A program made the position numbers and the translations under genes. Below are positions 62,434 to 64,000 of a DNA stretch of 64,000 nt, in pieces (the first letter of the stretch is position 1; each line of letters starts with the position of its first letter). Source of the stretch: Gemmatimonadota bacterium (GTDB taxonomy: Bacteria > Gemmatimonadota > Gemmatimonadetes > Palauibacterales > Palauibacteraceae); assembly GCA_039585235.1 (NCBI GenBank), contig JBDGWG010000022.1, positions 780-64,779 of the forward strand, in the 5' to 3' direction. The notes below the pieces were generated by a model. The model made no database searches, was not told the origin of the DNA, and saw only the letters and a list, made by a program, of their open reading frames with translations.

Positions 62434-62922
62434 GTGTTGAGAATGACCCAAAGATCGCTGCGACACGTCCGTCGCGCAGGAGGTCCTCTACCAGTGCGGG
62501 ATGGACTGGGAGAGGCCGGGCAGGCCCTCGTGGAGGTCGCGATCGCCCTACCGATTCTCCTCGCGCTCCTGGTCGGTATCTTCGAGTTCGCCCGTGCCTA
62601 TAACATTCAGCAGGTGATCACGAATGCGGCCAGGGAAGGGGCCCGGGAGGGAGTCGTGGCTGCAGACGGGCTGGCGGCTTCCCAGGCCGCGGGCCTACCC
62701 GTGGTCAACGGTCGGCTGACGGATGCCAACATCAACCCCGTCTCGGCGACGATCACCTTCACGTGCAACCCCGCCGCGTGCGAGAATGGCGACGCGCTAT
62801 CGGTGGATATCTCACTGCCCTACAAATTCGTGTTCATCGGTCCGGTTCTCAGCCTGTTCTCCAGCGGGGTGGACCCGGGCACGATCAACCTGACTTCGAC
62901 CGCGACGATGAGGAAAGAGTGA
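62434..62922 (+). CDS. TadE-like pseudopilin (orphan copy)
   Basis: GQALVEVAIALPILLALLVGIFEFARAY. Confidence 0.8.
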   Translation: MLRMTQRSLRHVRRAGGPLPVRDGLGEAGQALVEVAIALPILLALLVGIFEFARAYNIQQVITNAAREGAREGVVAADGLAASQAAGLPVVNGRLTDANINPVSATITFTCNPAACENGDALSVDISLPYKFVFIGPVLSLFSSGVDPGTINLTSTATMRKE

Positions 62923-62958
62923 GGCGTCGGGTTCGAGCCCCGGACCCTGAACGAACGA

Positions 62959-62989
62959 AGGCCCGGACGCTCTAGCAGCGGCCGGGCCT
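62959..62989. terminator. Hairpin between convergent genes
   Basis: AGGCCCGG ... CCGGGCCT forms an 8-bp stem. There is no strong U-tract. Confidence 0.35.
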
Positions 62990-63014
62990 CTCCACATCCG
63001 GGATCGCCCTGGAT

Positions 63015-63377
63015 CTAGCGTCGGAAGAAGCCGCCGCCCTTCTCCTCTTCACCGACCGGCTCGTGCAGGGTGCTGATGAACGCATCCCCGGGGAGGTCCG
63101 TGTCGATGTTGCCGTAGATCGGCTTCTCGTTGCGCAGTATGTCTACGAACGGGGCCATGGCACTGAAGGGAAGGAACACCACGCACAGCCTGGCATCCTC
63201 ACTCCACATCGAGCCAGGCGCGTCGGCTCCGTCCGGGAGGAAATAATAGATCAGCCGCAGGAACTCGCCGAAACAGGCCACGACGCCCCTCGGCCGGACC
63301 TCGACGCCTCCGAAAGTCTTGGGGTGATCGCCCAGCGTGATCTGGTAGCGCTCGACCAGGAAGTTGTGCTTCGCCAT
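63015..63377 (-). CDS. Hypothetical protein (120 aa)
   Basis: ATG start with GAGGAG upstream and good third-position GC. No family was recognised. Confidence 0.55.
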   Translation of the reverse strand: MAKHNFLVERYQITLGDHPKTFGGVEVRPRGVVACFGEFLRLIYYFLPDGADAPGSMWSEDARLCVVFLPFSAMAPFVDILRNEKPIYGNIDTDLPGDAFISTLHEPVGEEEKGGGFFRR

Positions 63378-63497
63378 TTCTTGCTCCTCGGATGGTGACC
63401 CCGGAAATCCCGTTCAAGTCGAGCGGAATAATATAGCACGGCCCGCGAGCGCGCGACCGGGCACCGCTGCGGGCGTTCGCGCGATCAGAAGTGACCC

Positions 63498-63601
63498 AGA
63501 AACCGTTCGGCCATCTCGGGTCCAGCCGCTCCGTCTTCGTGCTTGAAGAAGAAACCGTTCGGCCATCTCGGGTCCAGCCGCTCCGTCTTCGTGCTTGAAG
63601 A
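63498..63601. repeat. Perfect 2 x 52 bp direct tandem duplication in an intergenic region
   Basis: AGAAACCGTTCGGCCATCTCGGGTCCAGCCGCTCCGTCTTCGTGCTTGAAGA occurs at 63498-63549 and again, identically, at 63550-63601. Confidence 0.95.
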
Positions 63602-63971
63602 GCGCGACGGGGACTCGCCGACTTTGGACAACATCTAACAGATGCCCTGATAGCTCCTGTATGGAGGGCGGACATCTTCCATACCGCGCTGTCGTTCGTA
63701 CGCCCCGTTTCCGTCCCCGAATCCGCACAGGTTTTCGCACAGACGCTCGTGTGCGTGTCCGCGTGGTTTCTCTCAGTGAGAGGGAAGGCGTCGGTTGCAG
63801 GCCGGTGGGGAAGCCCGCTTCGCCTATGGTCTGCCGGTCACTGGCTGGTCGGCTCCGGAGACTCGACTCCGAGTGCGGTCCAGGTGTCTCCACTGGCGTC
63901 CCCAAGCCAGATCCTCTGGGGTCGGCTGAACACGTTCGGGCTGGCAACTCACGAAGAACAAGGAGCAGGTG

Positions 63972-64000
63972 ATGATCAACAAGACGGAATCGGGGAACCA
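63972..64000 (+). CDS. 5' end of an unidentified gene (MINKTESGN...), truncated by the window edge
   Basis: AAGGAG lies 6 nt upstream of the ATG. Only 9 codons are visible. Confidence 0.4.

Noticed and set aside
62926-62945. tRNA T-arm-like sequence GTCGGGTTCGAGCCCCGGAC
   Set aside because: No matching acceptor stem, D-arm or anticodon arm is present. The 5' side would lie inside the tadE-like coding sequence. It is most likely part of a terminator-region hairpin.
63740-63960. Fragments resembling cobalamin (AGGGAAG..GGT, CCGGAGAC) or TPP (CTGAGA on the minus strand, ACCTG) riboswitch elements
   Set aside because: Only short partial matches are present. Key conserved blocks (GCCACTG and the B12 box for cobalamin, the P4/P5 pairing for TPP) could not be assembled. 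The region is kept only as an unspecified candidate leader.

Overview
64 kb of high-GC, densely coding bacterial chromosome with about 60 CDS on both strands. I found no rRNA, tRNA, CRISPR array, transposase or integrase. The two duplicated MacB/FtsX (ADOP-type) permeases suggest a Gemmatimonadota- or Acidobacteriota-like organism, but that is inference only.

The content is dominated by envelope and stress functions:
- A Tad pseudopilin cluster (TadE-TadE-TadG/VWA) plus an orphan TadE-like gene.
- Four small outer-membrane beta-barrel proteins, TonB, a Na+/H+ antiporter and two tandem ZIP transporters.
- An ECF sigma / anti-sigma / LTXXQ module.
- kdsB followed by an aminotransferase and an iron-type alcohol dehydrogenase, which is a Kdo8N-like arrangement.

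Housekeeping and repair genes are AddAB, ArfB, an ATL protein and a DEDDh exonuclease.

Items most worth follow-up:
1. A membrane-anchored protein with an intact JAMM/MPN+ motif, 51-bp coding tandem repeats and a Cys-pair C-terminal ectodomain. That ectodomain recurs in a second membrane protein 15 kb away.
2. A recurring set of sigma54-type (-24/-12) promoter-like elements upstream of the Tad pseudopilin and envelope genes.
3. A translationally coupled NHL / PEGA / small-alarmone-hydrolase / Cys-phosphatase operon.
4. A Phd-VapC pair whose PIN active site looks degenerate.
5. A perfect 2 x 52 bp tandem duplication in a 594-bp intergenic region.

All functional calls rest on motif recognition by eye, and no database search was run. 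Many long ORFs in the track are antisense shadows typical of GC-rich DNA and were rejected.
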